This document shows, one piece after another, positions 62,661 to 64,000 of a stretch of 64,000 nucleotides of DNA. This DNA comes from Callorhinchus milii (Eukaryota). Positions within the stretch are counted from its first letter, which is position 1. Every line of letters begins with the position of its first letter. Under the pieces are notes generated by a model that made no database searches, was not told the DNA's origin, and saw only the letters and a program-made list of their open reading frames with translations. The stretch spans positions 29,204,001 through 29,268,000 of the forward strand of contig NW_024704743.1 of NCBI RefSeq assembly GCF_018977255.1, given 5' to 3'. The translations under genes and the position numbers were made by a program.

Positions 62661-63489
62661 CACAACTGTCATGGAGTCTGTTGCATGCTGTTTGGAATAG
62701 GGCCAGTATGAAAGGTATTACCGAGGTAGGCTTGCTTTGCACCACCACCAATTTGATGGTTCCTGCTGCACTCAAAGACTGAACCGCAATGAAGCTTGGA
62801 GCTATTCCATCCTGTGACTTGCAATACATCCATTGAATTGCAATCCCAAATTTTAGTAATGGAACCACCACCAAATTTCAGCAGTAACAAATCTACACAG
62901 GAAATTAAAAGGAGGTGCATTTCTCAATTTGGCATGGTAGGGAATAGAATTGCTTGCTTGCACAGCAATTCTACCACCAACCTAGAAATTATATCAATAA
63001 TCTTAAATTAAAAAATTGAAGCAATATCTTTAAAACATTTTTCATTTTTAGCAGAACAAAACCCTTGCTGCTTAAAACACTTCCAGCTCATTCACCAAGG
63101 TGCAGCTGGTAGAACTATTACTGCATCGTATGCCCACCTACTACCACATGTGACCAGGAGGATGGATAGGTCATAGCAGACAGGACTAGCTCAATGAAGG
63201 TATTGATTCCGTACGGCTATAAATGCAACGTACAAGAATTTAAAAAAAACTTCAAAAGAAGAATAAAAATGTGCCATAATTGCATGAAAAGAAGCCTTTC
63301 ACCCAACTTTGTCTCTGACTCTATGGGGCACAACATTGAAAAATAATAGTAAACTGAAATTGTTTTCTGCTGTTTATTAGCAAACGTTGTTCAAAACCAT
63401 CTGATGCTTATGTAAAACATCCATAAAACAGAACTTCTGTTCACGGTATGGGAGCAAACTGGGACTTAACTGCTGAGTTATTGCTCCCC

Positions 63490-63875
63490 AGTGTATACTG
63501 GGTAAGGGCACCACTAAGCCACATTAAGTCGTTGAGAGCAGAAGGTCGCAAGTTCGATTCCTGGTCTGTGCCGAGTTGGCTGATCTCAGGGGCACTACTA
63601 TTGAGCTCACAGCCCCTGAGTTAGGGAGGGGAAGGAAAAATATCAGGAACAGTTTATGCCCTTGACCGCCATCCAGTGAGCTCTGCTGGAATGTGTGGAA
63701 ATCCGGTGAGGGTAAGATCGGACTTCGGTTTGATGCCCTGTACAGTGACTAGCCTGCAAATACTGTCTAGACTTACACATGAAGAATGTGAGGTACCAGA
63801 GGGCTACCATCCCCATGTGGAAATATCCCCAAGCATGACTCAGTGCCTTGAGGAGATGAGGAGGAGGGGAAGTTA
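63490..63875 (+). mobile_element. Ancient tRNA-like SINE, family not assigned; best-preserved copy in the window
   Basis: B-box-like agttcgattcc is followed by tggtctgtgccgagttggctgatctcag..cccctgagttagggagggg..atccagtga. Related fragments lie at 14905-15100, 49190-49400 and about 61168-61205. Confidence 0.6.
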
Positions 63876-64000
63876 TATTATTCCCCTAATGCCCCATTTC
63901 TATTGTCCTTTGCAAACTGCAATGCTTCCTGTATAGTGTAATCTGGCCTGCATAAGATAACCTTACTGGGTCAGACTTTTCCCAAAGTGGTCTGAGCCAA

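Overview
This is AT-rich vertebrate genomic DNA. The L2/CR1/DeuSINE/Penelope repeat mix suggests a cartilaginous fish, possibly a chimaera (inference). The whole window lies inside GMDS (GDP-mannose 4,6-dehydratase) on the minus strand. Only two short internal coding exons are present, 40021-40139 and 22205-22301, joined by a 17.7-kb phase-2 intron and flanked by introns longer than 22 kb on each side. The rest is intronic: many 5'-truncated L2 and CR1 LINEs, tRNA-Ala-headed SINEs and DeuSINEs with L2-type tails, a Penelope-type fragment with a minimal hammerhead ribozyme fold, a fossil Harbinger transposase, two long fold-back elements and an unassigned three-copy ancient repeat. Several repeat-free, motif-dense blocks are candidate long-range enhancers, because GMDS neighbours FOXC1 in jawed vertebrates. 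Most ORF-track entries are chance ORFs or LINE fragments. I found no convincing new protein-coding system. Repeat family names come from remembered consensus features, not a database search, and repeat boundaries are approximate.
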